Positions 38,355-47,289 of a stretch of 64,000 nt of DNA are shown here, piece by piece. A program made the translations under genes and the position numbers. The stretch's first letter is position 1, and each line of letters begins with the position of its first letter. Under the pieces are notes generated by a model. The model saw nothing but the letters and a program-made list of their open reading frames with translations, did not search any database and was not told where the DNA came from. Source of the stretch: a bacterium (GTDB taxonomy: Bacteria > Patescibacteriota > Minisyncoccia > UBA6257 > 02-FULL-45-10c); the NCBI GenBank assembly GCA_021786945.1, contig JAJYMK010000003.1, positions 151,299 through 215,298 of the forward strand. Direction: 5' to 3'.

Positions 38355-39611
38355 ATGTCGAAGAAATTTTTAATTTATTTTTTTATTTTTTTATTTTTTA
38401 CCATTGCGGGAAGAATTTCTTTGGCCGCTGAAACTCCCGATGAATTAAAAAAAGCTATTGACGCCAAAAATCAGGAATTAGTAGAGATAAATCAAAAAAT
38501 CACCCAAGCCCAAAAGGACTTGGATGAAACAGAAAGTAAGAGTAAATCACTTCAAAATGAGCTTAAAAAGGCCGATTACACCATAAATCAGCTTAATTTA
38601 AGTATTAAATCAAGTGAACTTAATATACAAAAGCTTAATTTAGAAATAGAGGCCTTGAAATATGATATTGGGGATACTGAATCACAGATCGACATAAAAA
38701 AAATGGCTATAGCCGATCTTTTAAGAGAGCTACAGAAAAAAGATGCCGAAAATGCCTTGGTTGTTTTATTAAAAAATAAAAGTATTGCTGAGAGTTTGGA
38801 TGAGGCTCAGAGCATCGTTGATATAAACTCAGGTTTATCCACCCAGGTCGGAGATTTACAGGTTTTAAATGATCAGCTATCCGGCAAATTAACAACTCAA
38901 TCAACTAAAAAAGCCAGCATTGAATTGGAAAATAAAAACTTAAAAAATAGAAAAATTATTTTACAAAATCAGAAGGCGGATAAACAAAGTTTGCTTACAC
39001 AGACTAAAAATCAGGAAAAAACATATCAGCAATTGATAACTCAATTGCAAAAAGATCAGGAAAACTTATCCCAAGAAATTAATGATGCAGAAGAAAAATT
39101 AAGACAAAGTTTTGATCCTAATCTTTTACCGTCGAAAAGGCCCGGGGTTATTGCCTGGCCGGTAAAATTAAAAAAAGATGGCGGAGCGGGCTTGATCACT
39201 CAACATTACGGAGAGCTTTCAAAACTTTATAAATCCGGATGGCACAATGGCTTGGATATAGGAACGCCCATAGGAACACCCGTTTTTGCTGCGGCTGAAG
39301 GCAGGGTTATCGCTGTTGATAATAACGACCGAAGTTCTTGGCAGAGATATCAATATGGACAATATATTTTAATAGAGCATCAGAATAATTTAAGCACTAT
39401 TTATGCTCATCTTTCCGCAGTCGATGTTAAAAAAGGAGATGTTGTAACTCGCGGACAGTTAATCGGATATTCTGGCAATTCCGGATATAGTACCGGCCCG
39501 CATTTACATTTTGGGGTTTATTGGACCGCAAGCTTACTTTTTAAGAGTTTGCCGCCGGCTAAAGGCTTAGTTCCTATCGGGGTCACGGTAAATCCTGAAG
39601 ATTATTTGTGA
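38355..39611 (+). CDS. M23 family metallopeptidase with N-terminal coiled coil (EnvC/murein hydrolase activator-like)
   Basis: Signal/TM segment, a long coiled coil, then GWHNGLDIGTPIGTPVFAAAEGRV...GNSGYSTGPHLHFGVY. Confidence 0.85.
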   Translation: MSKKFLIYFFIFLFFTIAGRISLAAETPDELKKAIDAKNQELVEINQKITQAQKDLDETESKSKSLQNELKKADYTINQLNLSIKSSELNIQKLNLEIEALKYDIGDTESQIDIKKMAIADLLRELQKKDAENALVVLLKNKSIAESLDEAQSIVDINSGLSTQVGDLQVLNDQLSGKLTTQSTKKASIELENKNLKNRKIILQNQKADKQSLLTQTKNQEKTYQQLITQLQKDQENLSQEINDAEEKLRQSFDPNLLPSKRPGVIAWPVKLKKDGGAGLITQHYGELSKLYKSGWHNGLDIGTPIGTPVFAAAEGRVIAVDNNDRSSWQRYQYGQYILIEHQNNLSTIYAHLSAVDVKKGDVVTRGQLIGYSGNSGYSTGPHLHFGVYWTASLLFKSLPPAKGLVPIGVTVNPEDYL

Positions 39612-39656
39612 TTTTATGCATTTGTAGGTGTTTTTAATAAGGAATATACTTAAATT

Positions 39657-39923
39657 ATGGATATACTCATTAAATTATTTGGTATGTTTAACGCTTTGGC
39701 GGCAACGTTTGCTAAGTATATTCCGCAGAATAAGGAAGATATCTTGACGCTCGGAAAGCAAATCTGGGGTTTATTGGTAAATTTAAACGGATTAACCGCA
39801 AATGTATTGGGGACTGATATTCAAAAAATTATAAATCAATTCATTGGTTTTTTTATAAAATATTTTATAATCGCATTTAATTTTTTAATTGAGATTATTA
39901 AAAAATTAGCTGAAGGGGCTTAA
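39657..39923 (+). CDS. Small hypothetical protein (88 aa)
   Basis: ORF only. Confidence 0.3.
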   Translation: MDILIKLFGMFNALAATFAKYIPQNKEDILTLGKQIWGLLVNLNGLTANVLGTDIQKIINQFIGFFIKYFIIAFNFLIEIIKKLAEGA

Positions 39924-40175
39924 AAGGCGTTCGGAAGCGGCTTCCTTTATATTCATAGTATAAAGTGTCGCAAAAGGTATATTGTGCGACAGATAGCTTA
40001 GGAAAGGAAGCTCTCCTCCCCGTGGATTGGCTATTAATTTTCCCGGATTTTATTTGGCTCTAAACTATTAAATAATTGAATTTTAGACTATCCTTTGGTT
40101 AAAGATAGATAATCGGTAAGTTTTATTTGCTTTTATTACAATTCCCCGTATTTATCTCTCTATTTTTCTTATATA

Positions 40176-40204
40176 TTGACAAAATAGATATAGTATGCTA
40201 TTAT
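40176..40204 (+). promoter_or_regulatory. Consensus sigma70 promoter for the small membrane-protein gene
   Basis: TTGACA at 40176-40181, 17-nt spacer, TATTAT at 40199-40204. AAGGAG SD 7 nt before the ATG. Confidence 0.55.
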
Positions 40205-40247
40205 ATAAATTCAAATTTGAACTTTAATAGTTAAATAAGGAGACAAC

Positions 40248-40469
40248 ATGAAAGTAAATCTTAGTGTTATCCTGGCTTCAGTGGGAATATTCCTGATGAT
40301 GCTGGGTGCAGGAACCTCAGATGCCAATCTCAGTCCCCACAGTTTTCAGGTAGGGATGACGACCAGTGTTATCGGGATAATAATGCTTTTCTTCTCTTTC
40401 GAGGAGAACCGCAATCCCAAAAGGTTCAAGCGTCTTATACGGTATTACTGGAGTTACTTCTTCCGGTAA
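40248..40469 (+). CDS. Small two-TM membrane protein (73 aa) with atypical GC and a basic aromatic C-terminal tail
   Basis: Consensus promoter, SD and terminator. Coding GC is about 48% by eye. Confidence 0.55.
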   Translation: MKVNLSVILASVGIFLMMLGAGTSDANLSPHSFQVGMTTSVIGIIMLFFSFEENRNPKRFKRLIRYYWSYFFR

Positions 40470-40475
40470 TATCCC

Positions 40476-40506
40476 GGCCCGCGCTTTTATAGGCGGGCCT
40501 TTTTTG
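40476..40506 (+). terminator. Rho-independent terminator
   Basis: GGCCCGCgcttttataGCGGGCCTTTTTTG. Confidence 0.7.
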
Positions 40507-40520
40507 TTTTTAAAAAATCA

Positions 40521-40546
40521 AAAACCGCTTTTAAGGGCGGTTTTTG
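40521..40546. terminator. Bidirectional terminator at the 3' end of rnpB
   Basis: AAAAACCGCttttaaggGCGGTTTTTG. Confidence 0.6.
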
Positions 40547-40903
40547 AAGTATTGGCACTAATAAGCCGGATTCTGTTTCGTTTAAAAACGGACAACAATT
40601 TATCTGGGCCGTTAATTACTTAACGGCTCTAGCGGCACATCCCTTGCGGGATACGGCCTTGCACTTGGGTAAGGATTTAGCCGTTTCACCCCAGCTTTTT
40701 TGTCTCTATAGCTGGATTAGACCAATTAGCTTGAGATTAGGTCTGCCCGATCTTTTCAAAACGGGCCGTCACTGCTCGCACCTCTATATTACTATCGATG
40801 GGTGTTACCCACTACCCCGCTCTTTGTTGCAAGCAACAAAGAAGTGTCCGGACTTTCCTCTCCGGTTAAAAACCGAAGCTGTTGTTTAAGGTACCAATAC
40901 TTT
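40545..40903 (-). ncRNA. rnpB: RNase P RNA, bacterial type A
   Basis: The minus strand contains the P4 5' strand GAGGAAAGUCCGGACAC, GGGUAACACCC, ...GCCCAGAUAAAUUGUUGUCCG...ACAGAAUCCGGCUUAUUAG, and a P1 helix (AAGUAUUGGUAC pairing with GUGCCAAUACUU). Each has a clear counterpart in E. coli M1 RNA. Confidence 0.9.
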
Positions 40904-40907
40904 CAAT

Positions 40908-40936
40908 ATTATAAAATATTTATAAATTTTTGTCCA
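40908..40936 (-). promoter_or_regulatory. Promoter of rnpB
   Basis: On the minus strand: TGGACA (plus 40931-40936), 17-nt spacer, TATAAT (plus 40908-40913), about 6 nt before the P1 5' end. Confidence 0.5.
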
Positions 40937-42403
40937 CTAGAAATAGTTAGCTCGGATATTTTGAAGGTCAACTACTTCATCAATTTTAACTTTACCGATA
41001 ACATCAGGAGAGTGGCTTACTAAAATCATTGCTCCTTCGTATTTATTCAGAGCATCAACAATAATCGGAATATGTCTGAAGTTTATATGATTCGTCGGTT
41101 CATCTAAAATCAGAAGTCCGGGTCTTTGCAGTACCAGTCTGGCAAAAAGTAATAATCCTTTTTGTCCTTCGGATAAAGCACCAATTTTCTTTTTAAGGGT
41201 TTCTTCGTTAATCAGAAAGCCGGCCGCGGTTGAACGAAGTTCACTTTCCGTGCCACCTTTCATGATATCAGCTAACGATTTATATGCGGTATCTTCAAAA
41301 TTCAGGGTTGAGAAGTTTTGACGGTAGTATCCTACTTCTATTCCTTTGGTGATTGTAGCGTCTTTTGATTTTCCGGATGCGAGGGATTCCAGGAACGTGG
41401 TTTTTCCTATTCCATTTGGACCAGTCAAAAGAATTCTTTGTTTTTTTCCGAGACTAATATCGGTTTTTTTATGAACTAGTTTATGATTTTCCACCACCGA
41501 AATTGATTTTATATGGATAATTTCTCCGGAAATATCCTGCTGGCAAGGGATATAAAATTCTCTTATTGTTTTATCTTCTTGTCTCATTTCTACAAGCTCT
41601 TCTTCGAGCTCTTCAATTTTTTCTTTCATTTTTCTGGCAACGTCTCTCATGTGCCCTCCTTTTTGAGCGAAGAAATTAGCCTGTTCTTTTCGGTTTTGAA
41701 TGTCGCGCAGCAAACGCACATTTTTCATTCTTTCTCTTTCTATTCTTTTTTCTATTTCTGATACCACATCAAAATAATTTCCGACATATTGTTCTACTTT
41801 ATGGGTAAAAACATCAAGATATAAAACGCCTTGAGTAAAGGAATTAAGAAATTCGGCATCGTGAGAAATAACTATACAAGTTTTTTTATAATCAATCAGG
41901 AATTGTTTAAGATGTTCTATCCCGGCTTTATCAAGATTATTTGTAGGTTCGTCCAATAATAGAATATCGGGATTCTGGATTAAGGCAAAAGCCAAAAGAA
42001 GCCTGGCCTGTTGGCCGCCGGAAAATTCCTTTATTTTTTTATCCAGCGGAGCAGATAAATTTACTACTTTTAAAATTTTAGCTACTCTTGGATCGATGTC
42101 ATAAATTTTTTTGGTAAATGCCCCTTCAAAAAATTCTCTTACAGTTAAAGCCATTTGATCTTGCGGGATAACTTGCTTGGCTGTAGCAATGGTCAAGTCT
42201 TGATTTATAGAAATAGCGCCTTTTTCCGGCGTCAAAGCACCGGTAATTAGCTGGAAAATAGTACTTTTTCCTGCGCCGTTTTGACCCATAAGTGTTATTT
42301 TGGATCCTTTGCGTACAGAAAAATCAGCCGCTTTTAAAATCGGCATATTATGTCCGTATTCAAAATAAACCTCGTCGAATCTTAAAATTACTTCATTATT
42401 CAT
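40937..42403 (-). CDS. ABC-F family ATPase (tandem ABC domains, no TMD; EttA/Uup-like ribosome-associated factor)
   Basis: Two copies each of GQNGAGKST / LSGGQ / DEPTN..D motifs (LMGQNGAGKSTIF...FSGGQQARL...LLLDEPTNNLD, then LTGPNGIGKTTFL...LSEGQKGLL...LILDEPTNHI). Confidence 0.85.
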   Translation of the reverse strand: MNNEVILRFDEVYFEYGHNMPILKAADFSVRKGSKITLMGQNGAGKSTIFQLITGALTPEKGAISINQDLTIATAKQVIPQDQMALTVREFFEGAFTKKIYDIDPRVAKILKVVNLSAPLDKKIKEFSGGQQARLLLAFALIQNPDILLLDEPTNNLDKAGIEHLKQFLIDYKKTCIVISHDAEFLNSFTQGVLYLDVFTHKVEQYVGNYFDVVSEIEKRIERERMKNVRLLRDIQNRKEQANFFAQKGGHMRDVARKMKEKIEELEEELVEMRQEDKTIREFYIPCQQDISGEIIHIKSISVVENHKLVHKKTDISLGKKQRILLTGPNGIGKTTFLESLASGKSKDATITKGIEVGYYRQNFSTLNFEDTAYKSLADIMKGGTESELRSTAAGFLINEETLKKKIGALSEGQKGLLLFARLVLQRPGLLILDEPTNHINFRHIPIIVDALNKYEGAMILVSHSPDVIGKVKIDEVVDLQNIRANYF

Positions 42404-42446
42404 AGCTTACATAATATAAGCTATTTTTAATGATTAATAAAGAGGT

Positions 42447-43049
42447 TCATCTATGAAAACCCAAATCCGCAGGATTAAAATCCCCTTCTATAAATTCTAC
42501 TATTCCTCCTTGGCTTTCGAATTTTTTTCTAAGGTCCGAAACTTCCAAAGAAAGTTTTTGTGTTTTTTTAGGTAAATCCTTTTTGATAAATCCCTTGGAC
42601 CAATAATTCAATACAAGCTTACTGTCTCCGAATATATTTTTAATGCCAAGATCCAAGGCCAATTCCAATGCATATTTGCATGCCAGAAGCTCGCCGTAAT
42701 TATTGGTTGCTTTCGGCACCGGAAATTTTCCGAATTTATTGAGTTTTAATTTTGGCTTAATTTTTTCCAGCAAATCATATCCGGCTTCGTCCGTAACGCT
42801 TACCTCGACTTTCTGATTTCTGCCCGTGCCCGAATCAAAATAAATTCCTTTTTCTATTTTCTTGAATGATTTCGGTTTTATTTCGTAATTCGCTCCGGAA
42901 TCCAGCCATTTTTGGGCTTCTTCAGTCGAAGTAAATGATCTGTAGCGTGCATTTTTACCGGAAACTATTTTCTCGCAGTCTTTCCAGTTTTCGGTTATAC
43001 CTGATTCGTTTTTGTCTGGCAGTAAATAGCCGTAGTATTTATTTGGCAT
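42447..43049 (-). CDS. rnhA: Ribonuclease HI with N-terminal hybrid-binding domain (HBD)
   Basis: HBD-like YYGYLLPDKNESGITENWKDCEKIVSGKNARYRSFTSTEEAQKWL. RNase H motifs YFDSGTG (Asp), TNNYGELLA (Glu), FGDSKLV (Asp), and C-terminal GDFNPADLGF. The ORF track extends it to 43148, overlapping the upstream gene by 110 nt; I prefer the start at 43049. Confidence 0.75.
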   Translation of the reverse strand: MPNKYYGYLLPDKNESGITENWKDCEKIVSGKNARYRSFTSTEEAQKWLDSGANYEIKPKSFKKIEKGIYFDSGTGRNQKVEVSVTDEAGYDLLEKIKPKLKLNKFGKFPVPKATNNYGELLACKYALELALDLGIKNIFGDSKLVLNYWSKGFIKKDLPKKTQKLSLEVSDLRKKFESQGGIVEFIEGDFNPADLGFHR

Positions 43050-44211
43050 AAAACTTATTAAGGGCTTCTTTAAATTTTTCGAGATTTTGTTTTTTGATAT
43101 GAAATCCGGCAGCCCTAGGGTGGCCTCCGAAATCAATAAAAATGTCACCGCAGCTTTGAAGAGCCTCCACCACGCTCTTGTTTGAATAATTCGCTCTCAC
43201 ACTTCCTTTTAAATATTGTTTTTCTTTATTATAAAAATAAACAGGAATTTTAAAGTAATCATTCATCCTGTGGGCTATTTTTGATCCAGCGCCAACTAAT
43301 TTTATGTCTTTATCTAGCCCCCAAAGAATAAATTTTTCTTCGGTGTTTTTAAATTTTTTAATGCCTTGCTTGGCTATTTTTTTCACAAAATTTTCGAAAG
43401 CGATCTTGTGTCTGGCTATATCTTTTATTATTTTTACGGCGTCCTTATCGTCTTTGGAAGTAAGAAGTTTAAAAATATTATTTTTGCCACTGTTATTTTT
43501 CAGGATTCCGTAAAAATCGGTAACATCAAGACGGTTTTCAACGAGTTTTTTTATCGTAGTATTTTTTTCCAAGCCCAATTCTTTAAATGAGTCTTTTATT
43601 CCCGGCCTGGAATTATCTTTTATTTTTTTAAGGCTATTTTTAAGATAAGGTAAATTCCCCCTATCGATTTTAATATAATCAGTTATGGTTGGTATTAAAA
43701 CAAGGTCAAGGCTTTTTTCTAATTCTTTCACGTCTATTTTTAACGATTGGTACAAGTTTTCAAAAAATAAATAAGCAACTCCGGCGCCACTCCAATTCTT
43801 GTATTTTGAGCAATCACCCTTTTGCCACGGATTTATGAGCGTGGCCGGAAGTTTTCCCGGGCGTTGCCTGTGATGATCCAAAAGAATAACTTCGAATCCC
43901 ATTTTTTTTGCCATCCCAACTTGTTTAAAATCGGAAGTTCCAAAATCAATTCCAATTATCAATTTTATGCCCATCTTTTTAAGAATGGTTAAATGAAATA
44001 GGTTAAAACTTCGGCTGTATTTATATTGATTCGGAAGTATTAATTCGAGGTTCTTTTTCTTAAAACCCGCATTTAAAAGGGCTTCGTAAGCTAAAGTAAG
44101 AGCAAATGCCCCGTCCGGGTCATAATCGCTCCAAATGGCTATTTTTTCGCTGTTTTTAAGGGCTAAAATAAGGCGCCTGATAGCTTTTTGGCTATTTTTT
44201 AGTTTGATCAT
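43039..44211 (-). CDS. DHH/DHHA1 family phosphoesterase (RecJ-like or NrnA-like)
   Basis: IAIWSDYDPDGAFA (motif I), LIIGIDFGTSD (motif II), ILLDHHR (DHH motif) and GGHPRAAGF (DHHA1 GGH motif). Confidence 0.8.
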   Translation of the reverse strand: MIKLKNSQKAIRRLILALKNSEKIAIWSDYDPDGAFALTLAYEALLNAGFKKKNLELILPNQYKYSRSFNLFHLTILKKMGIKLIIGIDFGTSDFKQVGMAKKMGFEVILLDHHRQRPGKLPATLINPWQKGDCSKYKNWSGAGVAYLFFENLYQSLKIDVKELEKSLDLVLIPTITDYIKIDRGNLPYLKNSLKKIKDNSRPGIKDSFKELGLEKNTTIKKLVENRLDVTDFYGILKNNSGKNNIFKLLTSKDDKDAVKIIKDIARHKIAFENFVKKIAKQGIKKFKNTEEKFILWGLDKDIKLVGAGSKIAHRMNDYFKIPVYFYNKEKQYLKGSVRANYSNKSVVEALQSCGDIFIDFGGHPRAAGFHIKKQNLEKFKEALNKFYAK

Positions 44212-44212
44212 G

Positions 44213-45253
44213 TTACTTTAGGACTTTTAGCCCGGGCATTTCTTCGCCAGCCAAGAAATCCAACATAGCTCCTCCGCCCGTGGACAGAAGATCAACGTTT
44301 TTTTCTAGTTTTTTCTTAAGTATAAAATTAGCAGTTTCCCCTCCCCCAATAACCTTAAAGGCTTTGGAATTGGTTATTGCTTTGGCTATGGCCATTGTTC
44401 CTTTGGAGTATTGTTTGTCTTCAGACATTCCTACCGGCCCATTCCAGATTATCGTTTTCGCCCCCGTTATTATTTTTTTATATTTAGAAATAGTTTGGGG
44501 ACCGATATCAAAGTATTTTCCCTTTTTTTCGGCAAAATCCATTGGTGCTATACATTTTTTATTTTTTAAAATTTTTAATACTTTTGGATTTTTAATTTCA
44601 TTAAGTACCGAACTTCCAAAAAGAAAAAACTTAGCTTTTGGACTTAGGTTGCTAACTATACTTATTTTATCGCCGATTTTCGTACCGCCCAGAATAACTA
44701 TTAATGGTTTTTTGGGATTTTTTGTTGCTTTAGTTAGCCCCTTTACTTCTTTTTCCATTAGAAGCCCTGCGTAACTGGGAATGTATCTTGTAATGGCATG
44801 GATTGATGCGTTTTTTCTGTGTGATACCGCAAACGCATCATTTATGAATAAATCGCCAAGACTAGCAAGGTTTTTGGCTAGACCCTTGCCATCTATTTCC
44901 TCATCCGCGAAAAATCTAAGATTCTCTAGTGCAAATATATTACCTTGTCCCGAAGACAAGTCTTTTTTTATTTTTTCGAAATTAGTATTGGCAAAAAAAT
45001 TAATATTTGTTTTTAATTTTCTTGCTAATATTTTTATTACTGGTTTCAGGCTTAGTTTTTTATCAAATTTTTCCGGACGTCCACGATGGCTTAAGATGAT
45101 TATCCCTGCCCCGTTTTTTTTAAGATATTTTATAGTCGGTAAAATAGAGTTGATTCTGAACTGATCATCTAGCGATTTTATGTTTAAATCGACTCTTAAG
45201 AGACAAATACGCCCTTTTAATTTTTTTGGAGATAAATCTCTTAAAAATTTCAT
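44213..45253 (-). CDS. pgk: Phosphoglycerate kinase (short, 346 aa)
   Basis: LLRVDLNIK, ILSHRGRP, LENLRFFADEE, ILGGTKIGDKI, GGGETANF and STGGGAMLDFLAGEEMPG: the full PGK motif set. Confidence 0.88.
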   Translation of the reverse strand: MKFLRDLSPKKLKGRICLLRVDLNIKSLDDQFRINSILPTIKYLKKNGAGIIILSHRGRPEKFDKKLSLKPVIKILARKLKTNINFFANTNFEKIKKDLSSGQGNIFALENLRFFADEEIDGKGLAKNLASLGDLFINDAFAVSHRKNASIHAITRYIPSYAGLLMEKEVKGLTKATKNPKKPLIVILGGTKIGDKISIVSNLSPKAKFFLFGSSVLNEIKNPKVLKILKNKKCIAPMDFAEKKGKYFDIGPQTISKYKKIITGAKTIIWNGPVGMSEDKQYSKGTMAIAKAITNSKAFKVIGGGETANFILKKKLEKNVDLLSTGGGAMLDFLAGEEMPGLKVLK

Positions 45254-45254
45254 A

Positions 45255-46307
45255 TTATTTGATCAAAAACATAAAGCGACTCATAAGGAAAAGAACAAGT
45301 CCAAGAATACAAGAAATTACGGATATAATCCAAAAGCGCATAGTGATTTTTGTTTCATGCCATCCTTTTGCTTCAAAATGATGATGTATTGGAGTAGATA
45401 AAAAAATCTTTCTTTTTAATACTTTTTTGCTTATCATTTGGATTATTACCGATAAAGATTCAAATACGAGAATAAATCCGAAAAACGGCAAAAACAAAGT
45501 GGTATTTGTAAGCATAGCTACAACCCCCATTGTTATTCCTAAAGCCATTGATCCGGTATCCCCCATAAAGAATCTTGCTGGATAAATATTAAACCAAAGA
45601 AATGCCAAAAGTGCGCCGATAACCGCTCCGCCGAAAGCGGCCAAATCATATCTACCAAGTATAAAAGCGACGGTTGTTAGTGAAAAGAAAGCAAAAAGCA
45701 TAACTCCTCCCGCTAGTCCATCCAAGCCGTCGGTTTCGTTAGCAGAAAAAGCACTGGCGATAATGACAAACATAAAAATAGGAATGTACCACCAGCCTAT
45801 TGTAAGATTTCCCCAAAAAGGAATATATAACACATCCCAGTTTAATCGGTAGTAAAACCAAAAACCTCCAATAGCAGCTAAAACAGCATACATTATTATT
45901 TTTTGGGAAATTCTTAGTCCCCCGCCCTTTGGTCCAATCCTAAGTGCGCCTAAAATATCATCTATTAATCCCAAAATAGCAGCAATGAGCATGGCTGCTA
46001 TAGGAAGATAAGTCTGTGCTCTGTCCACAAAACTTAAATAATCAAAAACTCCACCAAAAATATCACTTAGAAGCCATATTAAAAGAGCTAGACCTAAAAC
46101 AGTCACCCAAATTATAACCCCTCCCATAGTTGGGGTGTTTTCTTTGTGTTTATGAAGACTGTAGAATACCGGCGCCGATTCCTGACTACGGATTTGTTTA
46201 TGGAGATGGAAACGGTCCAGTAATTTTATAAAAATCGGCGTTAAACTTAATGCTGTAATAAAGGACAACCCCGATAAAATTAAAAGTCTTATTGCTTGTG
46301 AAATCAT
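45255..46307 (-). CDS. mraY: Phospho-N-acetylmuramoyl-pentapeptide transferase MraY
   Basis: Polytopic, with ...NETDGLDGLAGG... and FFMGDTGSMALG. Confidence 0.9.
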   Translation of the reverse strand: MISQAIRLLILSGLSFITALSLTPIFIKLLDRFHLHKQIRSQESAPVFYSLHKHKENTPTMGGVIIWVTVLGLALLIWLLSDIFGGVFDYLSFVDRAQTYLPIAAMLIAAILGLIDDILGALRIGPKGGGLRISQKIIMYAVLAAIGGFWFYYRLNWDVLYIPFWGNLTIGWWYIPIFMFVIIASAFSANETDGLDGLAGGVMLFAFFSLTTVAFILGRYDLAAFGGAVIGALLAFLWFNIYPARFFMGDTGSMALGITMGVVAMLTNTTLFLPFFGFILVFESLSVIIQMISKKVLKRKIFLSTPIHHHFEAKGWHETKITMRFWIISVISCILGLVLFLMSRFMFLIK

Positions 46308-46308
46308 A

Positions 46309-47289
46309 TTAAAATTCGTATGAATTTTTTACCCAATCGAATAATTTTTGGGTATCGGCAAATCTATCAGTTGATCCTAATATTATAGTTAAAATCTTAT
46401 GTCCTTTATAGCTAAAAATAGATAAAAGATTTTGTTCGGACGATTCAATGAAACCAGTTTTACCCCCTAAAAAATCATTTTGTCCGGCAAAATAATTTAT
46501 ATTTGTATAAAATTTAACAGAATTGGACGATAACTCTACAACTGATAATTCCTTCGTTTTCGTGAAATTAAAAATTTCCGGCCTTTGTTTTAAAATATAT
46601 TGTGCCAGCTTTGTAAGATCCGAGGTGTTTGATTGGTTCAAAACGGACAAGCCGGTACAATCAAAAAAATTAGTCTCATTCATTCCTAATTCAGCCGCCT
46701 TCATATTCATTTCTTTTATGAAGTTTGTTTGACCATAAAATTCGGAAATTGCTACTGCGGCATCATTACTCGAAACAAAGAGCATTATTTTTACCATATC
46801 CCTGATTGAATATTTTTCGTTTAATTTAAAATCACCGGCTAAACCCTCGGTATCAATTGCTGTTTGTGAAATTGTAGCGATTTTATCTGGACCCAGTTTT
46901 TCCATTGCTATTACAGCTGTCATCAATTTTGAAATTGAAGCTATCGGCCATCTTTTTTCTGTTCCTTGGGAATACAATAATTTTTGAGAATCCAGATCTT
47001 CGGCAAAAGCAATTTTGGAAGTTAGATTTAGTTCGATTACTCCTTCTTTTTTGAATGGCCTAGACTCTTCTGTTTCTGAATTTACAACAGCCAGAGAACT
47101 GTTTGAATTTAATTTAGTCAAAATCGGAGTTCTGTCAGATAAGGCGCTTATTGCGGCAAGACTGGTATTTTTTATATCATCCTGAAAAGATACTTTGGCT
47201 ACCGTATTGTTGTTTAGTTTAGAAAATAAAACTAGGGCAAGTAAGATGCCGGTAAATAACAAACCTTGAAAATTTACTTTAGTTTTCAT
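46309..47289 (-). CDS. D-alanyl-D-alanine carboxypeptidase (S11, PBP5-like)
   Basis: Signal peptide, SxxK (IASISKLMT), SxN (VSSNDAA) and KTG (GGKTGF). Confidence 0.8.
   Translation of the reverse strand: MKTKVNFQGLLFTGILLALVLFSKLNNNTVAKVSFQDDIKNTSLAAISALSDRTPILTKLNSNSSLAVVNSETEESRPFKKEGVIELNLTSKIAFAEDLDSQKLLYSQGTEKRWPIASISKLMTAVIAMEKLGPDKIATISQTAIDTEGLAGDFKLNEKYSIRDMVKIMLFVSSNDAAVAISEFYGQTNFIKEMNMKAAELGMNETNFFDCTGLSVLNQSNTSDLTKLAQYILKQRPEIFNFTKTKELSVVELSSNSVKFYTNINYFAGQNDFLGGKTGFIESSEQNLLSIFSYKGHKILTIILGSTDRFADTQKLFDWVKNSYEF

Noticed and set aside
40644-41023. Track ORFs 40644-40889 (+, 81 aa) and 40802-41023 (+, 73 aa)
   Set aside because: They lie entirely within or overlap the RNase P RNA gene and its promoter. 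The translations are low complexity. They are RNA, not protein.
43049-43148. N-terminal 33 aa of the track ORF for rnhA (start at 43148)
   Set aside because: It would overlap the upstream DHH gene by 110 nt in another frame. The HBD domain begins at the internal Met (43049).
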